From NCBI GenBank assembly GCA_944358545.1, contig CALVRJ010000004.1:1-54520 (forward strand): a stretch of DNA of 54,520 bases. The letters run 5' to 3'. Positions within the stretch are counted from its first letter, which is position 1, and every line of letters starts with the position of its first letter. Below, one piece after another: positions 38,296-47,260 of this stretch. The stretch comes from an uncultured Bacilli bacterium (GTDB lineage: Bacteria; Bacillota_I; Bacilli_A; RF39; UBA660). Below the pieces are notes generated by a model, which was not told the DNA's origin, made no database searches, and worked only from the letters and a program-made list of their open reading frames with translations. Made by a program: the position numbers and the translations under genes.

Positions 38296-39942
38296 ATGAG
38301 TAAAATTAAAATTTTTGCGCTCGGTGGTTTAAACGAGGACGGAAAGAATATGTATGTTGTCGAAGTTGACAGGGATATATTTGTTTTTGATGCTGGTTTA
38401 AAGTATGCCGATGATAAGATGTTAGGCGTCGATTATATTATTCCTAACTATGATTATATTAAAGATAATATTAAAAGAGTAAAAGGAGTTTTTATAACTC
38501 ATGGTCATGACAATTATATGGGAGCTTTGTGTGATATTTTAAAAGAGGTTCCTGAGCTTAAGATTTATGGTACTAAATTTACTTTAGAGATTATCAAAGA
38601 TGAACTTGAAAGTGATGGCATTAAGAGTAATAATTTAATAGAGATTACACCACATAAAAAGATCGATTTTGGTAAAAATAGTATTTTCCCAATAACTGTA
38701 ACTTATATGATTCCAGATGCGGTTGGATATGTTTTATATACTCCAGATGGGGCAATATTCTATACGGGTAATTTTGTATTTGATCCAACAATGCTTGGTC
38801 CTTATAAGATGGATATTGGAAAGCTCGCTTACGTTGGTAAACAAGGAGTTTTATGTTTACTTTCAGAGTCACTTTATGCAGAGAAGAAAGGTTTTACTTC
38901 TCCAAATCATAGGGCGGCTGATGCGATAAGCGAGGTTGTTAATAATCATGATGGCCGAATTTTATTTAATATTGATCAAACACAGATTTATAGAGTTCAA
39001 GAACTTTTTAATGAAATTAAACATACGAAACGAAATGTAGTTATTTTAGGAAAGAGAATGGAACAAAATATTTTAAAGGCAATAAATATGAAATATGTAA
39101 ATTTTGATGCCAAAAGAATTTGTTCAATTAAACATGTAAATGATGAGGGAATTATTGTAATTATTTCTGACGAAAGAGAAAGACCTTTTTCTAATTTGAA
39201 GAGAATTGTTAGAGGTTATGATAAGTTTGTGACAATTACCGATAAAGATACGTTTGTTTTAGTATCACCAATTGACGATGGAATGGAAGGAACTGCTACA
39301 AAGATTTTAGATACATTAGCGCGTATTGGGGTAGATACTGTTGTTTTAGATAAGCGCAATTACTTGTCACATCATGCTTCTTCAGAAGATTTGATGTTGA
39401 TGATTGATTTGATGAAACCAAAATATTATATGCCAGTTATTGGTGAATATCGTCAGCAAGTAGCTAATGCGAATGCGGCTAAACAAATTGGAATGAAATG
39501 TGACCATATTTTACTTAAGTTAAATGGTGATGTAGCTTATTTCGAAAATGGCGAACTTGTCGATAAAGATATGAAAGTACCTGTGGATGACATTTTAATC
39601 GATGGACTTTCAGCAGGGGACGTTGGCGATTTAGTTATTAAAGACCGTGAGCTTTTAAGTGATAATGGTATTGTTATAATTACAGCTACATTAGATAGAA
39701 AATCAAAAGAAATTTTAGCTGGACCAGAGGTTTTGACAAAAGGTTTTGTCTATGTTCGCGACAATATCGATTTGATTAAAGAAGTGGCAAAGATTTCAAC
39801 AGAAGTTATTCAAAAGAATGTTAAGGGAAATTATGTCGACTTTAATAAGGTTAAATCAGGTATTAGAGATAAGGTAGGAAAATATTTATACGATGAAACT
39901 GAGTGTAAACCGATGGTTATAGTTGTCATAGGAGAAGTTTAA
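38296..39942 (+). CDS. rnj: Ribonuclease J (J2-like)
   Basis: ALGGLNEDGKNMY, THGHDNY, MPVIGEYR, DRELLSDNG. Confidence 0.93.
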   Translation: MSKIKIFALGGLNEDGKNMYVVEVDRDIFVFDAGLKYADDKMLGVDYIIPNYDYIKDNIKRVKGVFITHGHDNYMGALCDILKEVPELKIYGTKFTLEIIKDELESDGIKSNNLIEITPHKKIDFGKNSIFPITVTYMIPDAVGYVLYTPDGAIFYTGNFVFDPTMLGPYKMDIGKLAYVGKQGVLCLLSESLYAEKKGFTSPNHRAADAISEVVNNHDGRILFNIDQTQIYRVQELFNEIKHTKRNVVILGKRMEQNILKAINMKYVNFDAKRICSIKHVNDEGIIVIISDERERPFSNLKRIVRGYDKFVTITDKDTFVLVSPIDDGMEGTATKILDTLARIGVDTVVLDKRNYLSHHASSEDLMLMIDLMKPKYYMPVIGEYRQQVANANAAKQIGMKCDHILLKLNGDVAYFENGELVDKDMKVPVDDILIDGLSAGDVGDLVIKDRELLSDNGIVIITATLDRKSKEILAGPEVLTKGFVYVRDNIDLIKEVAKISTEVIQKNVKGNYVDFNKVKSGIRDKVGKYLYDETECKPMVIVVIGEV

Positions 39943-40005
39943 AACTTCTTTTTTTGACCTATAAGGTTCATCTATTTAATTAGGTGAATATGATAAGATG
40001 AGGGG

Positions 40006-40434
40006 ATGAATTTAATGAAAATTATAAAAAAAATGAAGAAAAAGTTAACTAATACAGTTTCTAACGCTTTAAAAAATAGTAAAAGAGAGGAATATGTTAC
40101 AGAAGGTTTTGGGTTAGTAAAACATGAAGAAATGGATGAATGGATAAAGTTTGTCGATGCAGCATTGATAGGAACGAAATATAGTGATAATTATTATGTG
40201 ATGATGGGAGACTTGCGTTCAGAGGTTATTTTAGAAAATGTTATCGATGGGTTAGTAATGCTTGATAAGGGGTATGATTTTAGTGATGTCGATAAGACAA
40301 TGAGAATGTATAGTCAAGGGGAAGAGCTTAGATTTATTAGAAGAAGTTTGATTAAGTTTAGTGTTTATGGCATGGAGTATTTTAATTATTTAAAAGGTGA
40401 TGAACCAGTTAAAGTTAAGGTTAAAAGACACTGA
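40006..40434 (+). CDS. Hypothetical protein
   Basis: GAGGGG RBS; ends EPVKVKVKRH. Confidence 0.7.
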   Translation: MNLMKIIKKMKKKLTNTVSNALKNSKREEYVTEGFGLVKHEEMDEWIKFVDAALIGTKYSDNYYVMMGDLRSEVILENVIDGLVMLDKGYDFSDVDKTMRMYSQGEELRFIRRSLIKFSVYGMEYFNYLKGDEPVKVKVKRH

Positions 40435-40489
40435 TTATTGAAGTATTTAAATAAATGTGCTATTATCTATGAAGAAATGAGTTGATTTT

Positions 40490-41899
40490 ATGTTAGTACC
40501 AAATGCTTTAGAAGAAAAAAAGAGAACAGGGAATGCGGTTAAAATAAGAAAATACGAGATAAAAGATGAATATAAAAATTTAGGTGCCGGTAAAAGTTAT
40601 TTTGTGAAGACTTATGGTTGTCAGATGAATGTCCACGATAGTGAAAATATAAGGGCAATGCTTGAGGAAATGGGCTATAAGGAAAGTGCGAAGATGGAAG
40701 ATGCTGACCTTATTTTACTAAATACTTGTGCGATTAGAGAAAATGCACATAATAAGGTATTTGGAATGCTTGGAAGAATTAAACATTTAAAGTCAGAGCG
40801 TCCTGATATAATGGTTGGACTTTGCGGATGTATGGCACAAGAGGAGTCTGTGGTTCAGGATATTTTAAATCATTATAAATGGATGGATTTTGTGTTTGGA
40901 ACACACAATTTAGATAGATTACCTGATGTTTTATATAATTCTATTTTAAAGAAGAAGTTAGAGGTTGAGGTTTATAGTTGTGAGGGCGATTTAATCGAAG
41001 ATATGCCGGTTAAACGCGATAGTAAATATAAAGCGTGGGTTAATATTATGTATGGTTGTGATAAATTTTGCACTTACTGTATTGTGCCTTTTACAAGGGG
41101 TAAACAAAGAAGTAGAAGACCACATGATATTTTAATGGAAGTAAGGAAACTTAAAGAAGAAGGGTATCAAGAGGTAACTTTACTTGGACAAAATGTCAAT
41201 GCATATGGTAAAGATTTAGGTAATTACGATATGAGTGATTTACTTCGTGATGTAGCGGAAATAGGTATTCCAAGAGTAAGGTTTATTACTTCTCATCCTT
41301 GGGATTTTACTGATGAGATGATTGGGGTTATTGCCAAATATGATAATATTATGCCATATATTCATTTGCCACTGCAATCTGGGTCTAATCGAATTTTAAA
41401 GTTAATGGGAAGACGTTATACAAAGGAAAGTTATTTGAAATTATTTCATAAAATTAAAGATACGGTTCCAAATGCGACGATTACAACAGATATTATAGTT
41501 GGTTTTCCTGGAGAGACAGAAGAGGATTTTGAGGATACTTTAGACGTGGTTAACGAGTGTGAATATGAGTCTGCATTTACGTTTATATTTTCTCCAAGAG
41601 TTGGGACTCCGGCGGCTAAAATGAAAGATAATACTTCTTTGAAGGAGAAAGAAGATAGACTTCACAGACTTAATAAGGTGGTTAATAAGTATTCAAGAAA
41701 GGCAAATGACAAATATTTAAATAAAGAGGTTAAAGTTTTACTTGAAGGTGTTTCACTTAAAGATGAAAATATGCTTATGGGTTATTCTGAAGAGATGAAA
41801 CTTGTAAATGTACGAGCACCTAAAGATAAAATAGGAAAAATTGTACCAGTGAGGATTACTGATGTAAAAACATGGAGTTTAGATGGTGAAATGGTATAG
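40490..41899 (+). CDS. miaB: tRNA methylthiotransferase MiaB
   Basis: TYGCQMN.HDSE, CDKFCTYCIVP, TRAM domain. Confidence 0.97.
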   Translation: MLVPNALEEKKRTGNAVKIRKYEIKDEYKNLGAGKSYFVKTYGCQMNVHDSENIRAMLEEMGYKESAKMEDADLILLNTCAIRENAHNKVFGMLGRIKHLKSERPDIMVGLCGCMAQEESVVQDILNHYKWMDFVFGTHNLDRLPDVLYNSILKKKLEVEVYSCEGDLIEDMPVKRDSKYKAWVNIMYGCDKFCTYCIVPFTRGKQRSRRPHDILMEVRKLKEEGYQEVTLLGQNVNAYGKDLGNYDMSDLLRDVAEIGIPRVRFITSHPWDFTDEMIGVIAKYDNIMPYIHLPLQSGSNRILKLMGRRYTKESYLKLFHKIKDTVPNATITTDIIVGFPGETEEDFEDTLDVVNECEYESAFTFIFSPRVGTPAAKMKDNTSLKEKEDRLHRLNKVVNKYSRKANDKYLNKEVKVLLEGVSLKDENMLMGYSEEMKLVNVRAPKDKIGKIVPVRITDVKTWSLDGEMV

Positions 41900-41992
41900 T
41901 CAAGACATATTGGTTTTGGCTTTTTTCTTATATTCTCTTGTAATGATGTGTGAAATTTGTTATATTATTCTTAAGAGTAGGAGTTAGAACTT

Positions 41993-43333
41993 ATGAAAGA
42001 TAAGAAAAATAAAATTTCAGATTTTGTTTCTAAGGTAGAAGATGGAACAAATGAAGCGTTTGATAGGATAAATGATCCGTTAATGGACGAAGATGCAGCC
42101 GAGGCGGATAGTTCTAATATAAATTATAGTGATATCGTAAAAACATCGCCAGAAGATAAAAGAAAGAAGCTCCCATGGATTGTGGCAATTGTTTTGATTA
42201 TATTAATTGTATTGTCTTTTTGTGCGTTATTTTTTCAAAGTAATCCTAAGACAATTTTTGTGAAAGCTGTAGATGGGCTTTTTAATGGGGTTACGAGTAA
42301 ACTTGGTGATAGTGCGTATGATGTAGTGAATGGCAATTTAGATTTAGAATACAAGGTACATAGTGATATAGATGATAGTAGTTTAGATGATGAGATTAGT
42401 AAGATTAAATGGCAAGCAAAATATAATTTAGATGTTACTAATGACCGAGCTTTTGCTAAAATTACTGGAAATAATGGGAATGATGAGATTAAATTAGATG
42501 TTTATAGTGAAAAAGATGATAAATATATTAAACTCGATAGTTTTGAGAATTATTTAAAAATTGGTCAAGGTCATTTTAGTTTAAATATTTTAAATAGTTT
42601 TGGTGATGTTAGTACACTTTTTGAAGGTGTTAATCAAGCTTTTGATAAGGCAGTTGCTTCTGAAAAGATTATAGGAGGTAATAAAACGATTAATTTAAAT
42701 GGCGAAGAGATGAAGGTGTACGAGTCTAAATTAGTCGTTAATGATAGTAATAAAGAGAGATTTAAAGAAACTTTTATAAATTCAATGGCAGCAAATACAT
42801 CTTTTATCAAAGCTTTACATAATATTCGAAATACGGATATTAAAGATGAGGTTTTAAATGTTCAGACTAGTAAGGATAATTTGAATAAAATGATAGATGA
42901 GGCTGGCAAGATTGAAATTAGTATTTATACAAAAGGAAAAAATCAAGATTTTGTTCAATTGAATATTAAAACTGATAAGGGTGGATTTAATTTAGTTAAA
43001 GGTAGTGATGGTTATAATTATAGTTTAACTAATGACGATGAAGTTATTAGTGGAACAATGGATATTAAAGTAAATAAAAATAATCATAAATTTGATATTT
43101 CTTTAGAAAAAAAAGAAAATGATAAGGTACTATATACGCAGAATATTAAAATCGATTTAAAGACGAAAAATAATGGTAGTTTTAAAAATGTCGATACAGG
43201 AAATTTTGTAGAGTATGCGAATATGAGTGATGTTGATAAATTTAATTTACAGACAAATATTGTTTCTAATCCGGTTATTTCAAAACTAGTTTCGGCTGGG
43301 CTGGAAGTTAATTTAGATGAATGGTTTAAATAG
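41993..43333 (+). CDS. Membrane-anchored hypothetical protein
   Basis: Acidic N-terminus, single TM (LPWIVAIVLIILIVLSFCALFF), large beta-rich ectodomain. Confidence 0.75.
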   Translation: MKDKKNKISDFVSKVEDGTNEAFDRINDPLMDEDAAEADSSNINYSDIVKTSPEDKRKKLPWIVAIVLIILIVLSFCALFFQSNPKTIFVKAVDGLFNGVTSKLGDSAYDVVNGNLDLEYKVHSDIDDSSLDDEISKIKWQAKYNLDVTNDRAFAKITGNNGNDEIKLDVYSEKDDKYIKLDSFENYLKIGQGHFSLNILNSFGDVSTLFEGVNQAFDKAVASEKIIGGNKTINLNGEEMKVYESKLVVNDSNKERFKETFINSMAANTSFIKALHNIRNTDIKDEVLNVQTSKDNLNKMIDEAGKIEISIYTKGKNQDFVQLNIKTDKGGFNLVKGSDGYNYSLTNDDEVISGTMDIKVNKNNHKFDISLEKKENDKVLYTQNIKIDLKTKNNGSFKNVDTGNFVEYANMSDVDKFNLQTNIVSNPVISKLVSAGLEVNLDEWFK

Positions 43334-43409
43334 AAAAAGTTATCAATTATGATAATTTTTTTGTGTTTTTTTCGCTTTAGTTGCATATTTTAAAGTGAGG
43401 GGTGATAAA

Positions 43410-43952
43410 GTGGCATCTTATAAAGAAATAGTAACTAAGGCGATTATCGGAAAAGGCAAGAAACATTTTAAGGACAAGTATACAATAGATATCCAAGATG
43501 ATAATAAACCGACGACAATACTCGGGTGCTGGATTATAAATAATCGTTTTAAGGGGTATAAGTCTGGAGATAAGGTCGGAGTAGATGGTTCTTTTGATAT
43601 AAATATATGGTATTCTTATGATGATGATAGTAAAACGGCGGTTCTTAATAAGAAAATAGAATATAATGATTTGTTTAATGTAAAAATCCGAGATAATGCT
43701 GATTTGTCTGGAGATACGGATATCATAGTTAGAGCTTTAAAGCAACCTACTTGTTCGTCTGTTAACATTTTAGATGATAATAAAATTTCTTTTGATATCG
43801 AAAAGGAACTTGGAGTGGAAATTGTCGGAGAAACAAAGGTAAAAATAGCGGTAGAAGAAGATGAGGAGCCTTGGGATGAAATTGTCGATGACGTAAGTGA
43901 TGATACACTCAAAGAAATAGATGAAAATGTCGACGAAAATTATATAAAGTAA
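43410..43952 (+). CDS. cotE: Outer spore coat morphogenetic protein CotE
   Basis: YKEIVTKAIIGKGKK, PTTILGCWIINN, GSFDINIWYSY, EIVGETKV, acidic tail; near miaB as in Bacillus. Confidence 0.92.
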   Translation: MASYKEIVTKAIIGKGKKHFKDKYTIDIQDDNKPTTILGCWIINNRFKGYKSGDKVGVDGSFDINIWYSYDDDSKTAVLNKKIEYNDLFNVKIRDNADLSGDTDIIVRALKQPTCSSVNILDDNKISFDIEKELGVEIVGETKVKIAVEEDEEPWDEIVDDVSDDTLKEIDENVDENYIK

Positions 43953-44010
43953 GCGTTCATAATTGAATGCTTTTTAATTTTGTGATATATTGATTTGGGT
44001 GACGAAGAAA

Positions 44011-44712
44011 TTGAGTAATATTTATTTAATTAGACATGGTTTTACGCCGGCTAATAATGCAAGTTATAATAATCAAAGAGGAATGTCAGAGATTGCAATA
44101 GATAGTTATATGCCCCTTGAAAAACATTATGGAAGAAGGCAAGCAGAAGAGCTTGGTAAGTTTTTAGATACAATTAAAGGTAAGACACTTATTTTGGTAA
44201 GTCCTTATAGCAGAACTTTGGAAACTTTAGAAATTGCGCTTAAATATATGCATGGTGATTATAGAGTTATGATAAAGGATGAGCTTCACGAAATTAATTC
44301 GGGTATTCATTATGCAAGAACAAAAGATGAGGTTTTAGAATTGTTTCCAGAAACCGGTAAGTCTTTTTATCGTTTGAAAAAGTGGTTTCCTAATGCGACG
44401 CATTATATATATGGAGAATCCGAGAGGGATGTAGAGTACAGAGTGTATGATATTAGCGTGTATATTGAGGAAATGGCAACGGAATATGATAATGTTTTTG
44501 TGTTTGGTCATGGGACGGTAAATAAGTGGATTTATTATTGGATAAGTGATGAGAATGTGCTTGATCATAATATGAAAAACTGTGAAGTTATAAAGATTAA
44601 TGGGAAAAAGGCTGAAACTGTATTTGTGCCTGAGACGGTTGTTCCAAAAGGGTATATGGTTGATATTGATGAATATGTTCGGAGAAGAGGAAATAAAATT
44701 AAACAAAAGTAA
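44011..44712 (+). CDS. Histidine phosphatase family protein
   Basis: IRHG, SPYSRTLET, GES, FGHG; start uncertain. Confidence 0.9.
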   Translation: MSNIYLIRHGFTPANNASYNNQRGMSEIAIDSYMPLEKHYGRRQAEELGKFLDTIKGKTLILVSPYSRTLETLEIALKYMHGDYRVMIKDELHEINSGIHYARTKDEVLELFPETGKSFYRLKKWFPNATHYIYGESERDVEYRVYDISVYIEEMATEYDNVFVFGHGTVNKWIYYWISDENVLDHNMKNCEVIKINGKKAETVFVPETVVPKGYMVDIDEYVRRRGNKIKQK

Positions 44713-44782
44713 GTGTTATACAAAAAAGGTTGACAGACTTACTTGAATATGGTAAAATCATTTAAGAAATGGAGGGATTAAG

Positions 44783-45061
44783 ATGGTTAAAATTAGACTT
44801 ATGAGAATGGGTTCAAAGAAAAGACCTTTTTACAGAATTGTTATTGCCGATGCAAGAACTAAAAGAGATGGTAAATATATTGAACTAGTTGGTACTTATA
44901 ATCCAATTACAGATCCTGCAGAAATTAAAATAAACGAAGAAGTTGCTTTAAAATGGCTTAAGGATGGAGCTGTACCAACTGATACTGTTAAGAGTTTATT
45001 TAATAAAGCCGGAATTAACAAAAAATTTCATGAAATGAAAATGAAAAAAGATAGTGAGTAG
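44783..45061 (+). CDS. rpsP: 30S ribosomal protein S16
   Basis: [25 protein letters not shown]. Confidence 0.99.
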   Translation: MVKIRLMRMGSKKRPFYRIVIADARTKRDGKYIELVGTYNPITDPAEIKINEEVALKWLKDGAVPTDTVKSLFNKAGINKKFHEMKMKKDSE

Positions 45062-45064
45062 TTT

Positions 45065-45307
45065 ATGAATTTGGAGAAGTTAACGGATTTTATAGTAAAG
45101 AGTTTAGCTAAGAGACCAGATTTAGTAAAAGTAAAACTTTTTGATGATGAGGATTTGATTACAATCGAAGTTTTAGTAAGTAAAGACGATGTTGGTGGTG
45201 TTTTGGGTCACGATGGAGTGAATGCAAAAGCGCTTGGAACAATTGTAAAGTCTTGTGCACTGGCTAAACTTGGAAAAAGAGTAAAGATTAACATAGAGTC
45301 TTTTTAG
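45065..45307 (+). CDS. khpA: KH-domain RNA-binding protein KhpA
   Basis: Follows rpsP; DVGGVLGHDG.NAKAL.TIV. Confidence 0.85.
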   Translation: MNLEKLTDFIVKSLAKRPDLVKVKLFDDEDLITIEVLVSKDDVGGVLGHDGVNAKALGTIVKSCALAKLGKRVKINIESF

Positions 45308-45369
45308 ACTTTATGTTTTTTGTTTACTTAGATATTTTATTGTGATATATTTAAATATAGGTGAGGAAC

Positions 45370-45744
45370 ATGCGAAAAGGTTTTACGTTAATTGAACTTA
45401 TGGCTGTAATTATAATTTTAGGAATAATACTAGTTATTATTATTCCTAATGTAACAGGTATTTTAAATAGGTCACAAGAAAGGCTTAATGAGGAACAAAT
45501 AAGAGAAGTTGAAAATGCTGCTTCACAATGGGGAATTAGAAATTTAAGAATTAAAGATGATAAACCTTATAAAGGTAGTAGCGAAGTTAAATTTGTAACA
45601 CTTGATACTTTACAAAAGGAAGGTTTTTTAGAGAATAAAGATATACGTGATTTAACTGACAATAGTGATGTTTCTTTGAATACTAAAGTTTGTATTAGTT
45701 ATGAGAATCATCAATTTGTTTATGAATATGGCGGTGATTGTTAG
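45370..45744 (+). CDS. Type IV prepilin-like protein
   Basis: MRKG|FTLIELMAVIIILGII class III signal; C-terminal Cys pair. Confidence 0.92.
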   Translation: MRKGFTLIELMAVIIILGIILVIIIPNVTGILNRSQERLNEEQIREVENAASQWGIRNLRIKDDKPYKGSSEVKFVTLDTLQKEGFLENKDIRDLTDNSDVSLNTKVCISYENHQFVYEYGGDC

Positions 45745-46119
45745 ATGAGGAAAGGTTTTACGTTAATTGAACTTCTGGCGGTTATTGTATTACTTGGGGT
45801 AATTGTGACAATTATTACTTCAACAGTTTTATCGACAGTAAATAAATCGAAAGAATCTTTATCAGATACACAAATTTCAACTATTGAGAAGGCAGCAAGT
45901 AAATGGGTAACAATTAATGCGGATAAGATGCCTTCAGAAAACGGAAAGTATATCGATGTTTCAGTTGATACTTTATCAGCGGATGGATTTTTAGATGCTT
46001 CTGATTTAAAGAATCCGACTAATGGTGGGAAACTATGTGGTTATGTTAGAGTTACTTATATAAATAATGAAACTTATAAAAATCAGTATGAGTATAAGTT
46101 TCATGAAAAAAACTGTTAA
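45745..46119 (+). CDS. Type IV prepilin-like protein
   Basis: MRKG|FTLIELLAVIVLLGVI; C-terminal Cys pair. Confidence 0.92.
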   Translation: MRKGFTLIELLAVIVLLGVIVTIITSTVLSTVNKSKESLSDTQISTIEKAASKWVTINADKMPSENGKYIDVSVDTLSADGFLDASDLKNPTNGGKLCGYVRVTYINNETYKNQYEYKFHEKNC

Positions 46120-46173
46120 CTATAATTAATATAGTTTTTTTTATGTTATAATATCTATTTGAGTGAGGTATTT

Positions 46174-47211
46174 ATGAAAAGGTTAATTAATTTTTTAAAG
46201 GTGCTTTGGAAATGGTTTATATCTTTGTTTAAAAAGAAGAAAAAGAAAGATTTAGTTTTTAATAGTTATGAGGAACAATCAGATAAAAAACAAATAAGTA
46301 ATGGAAGTTTACCAAATACAAGTCATGATTTTTATTTTGATAAGATGATTTTTTTGGCTATTCCAATGATTATTTTATGGGCATTATTTGATAAAGAAAA
46401 AAAGGTTAAGGTGTATAGAGATATACCAGCTCAAGAGGTAGTTATTCCAAAGAAAAATATAAAAATGTTAAAATTTGATAGCAAGATGATTCAAGAGAAG
46501 AATATGAATGAGATGAGAATTGTTCAAGATATTCAAAAGAAAAAAGATGATTTAACAGAAAAGAAGATAGATGTTAGTAAGAGTTTAAATGTTAAGATAG
46601 TTAATAATTCGAAAGTAAAAAAAGCCGATGAAATTAGTTTAGAGAAAAAAGATAATACATTTAAGGTGTTCAAATCTGCAAAGAAAAATATAATGGTTGG
46701 GCCTAAAGACATGCTTAAGGGAAGAGTAATTAAATTAGATGAAGCAATAGATGTTCAAAAGGCAAATGACGAAGATATTGTTAGACAAAGAAGTATACTT
46801 AAAAATAGTAAAGGTCTTATGGCTATCGATAAATTAATGATAGGTATTTTAGCGATGCCTTTAATTGGAATTTTAGGGATAAATTATATTGGCAGGGCTT
46901 TTAAGCAGGTTAGGATAAACAACAGACTTAGTATGGCTTTGGGTGAGGTTGATGACAACAGTTTAAGTTTAAGAAGAATTAATCCATTTATGTTTTTTAG
47001 CAAAAAGAAGACAGAAAAATTTACAAATAAATTACAGGTAAGTAATTTGATAGGGGCAGAAAGACTTAAATCAGGTATTTTTCGAAAATATGGTGGTCAA
47101 AGAAAAACAAATAGTTTTAAAAAAGTGATTAATAGTGTAAATAATTTAGAAAACAATTTGAATAAGGGACTTTATAAAAGACAAAAAGGCAAGGTAAAAG
47201 TTTTAAAATAG
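46174..47211 (+). CDS. Lysine-rich hypothetical protein with two hydrophobic segments
   Basis: TGtTATAAT promoter element and GAGG RBS; ends QKGKVKVLK. Confidence 0.7.
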   Translation: MKRLINFLKVLWKWFISLFKKKKKKDLVFNSYEEQSDKKQISNGSLPNTSHDFYFDKMIFLAIPMIILWALFDKEKKVKVYRDIPAQEVVIPKKNIKMLKFDSKMIQEKNMNEMRIVQDIQKKKDDLTEKKIDVSKSLNVKIVNNSKVKKADEISLEKKDNTFKVFKSAKKNIMVGPKDMLKGRVIKLDEAIDVQKANDEDIVRQRSILKNSKGLMAIDKLMIGILAMPLIGILGINYIGRAFKQVRINNRLSMALGEVDDNSLSLRRINPFMFFSKKKTEKFTNKLQVSNLIGAERLKSGIFRKYGGQRKTNSFKKVINSVNNLENNLNKGLYKRQKGKVKVLK

Positions 47212-47260
47212 AATGTTATATTCTATTTTTTTTGACATATTTTTAAATAGGGGCGATGTT

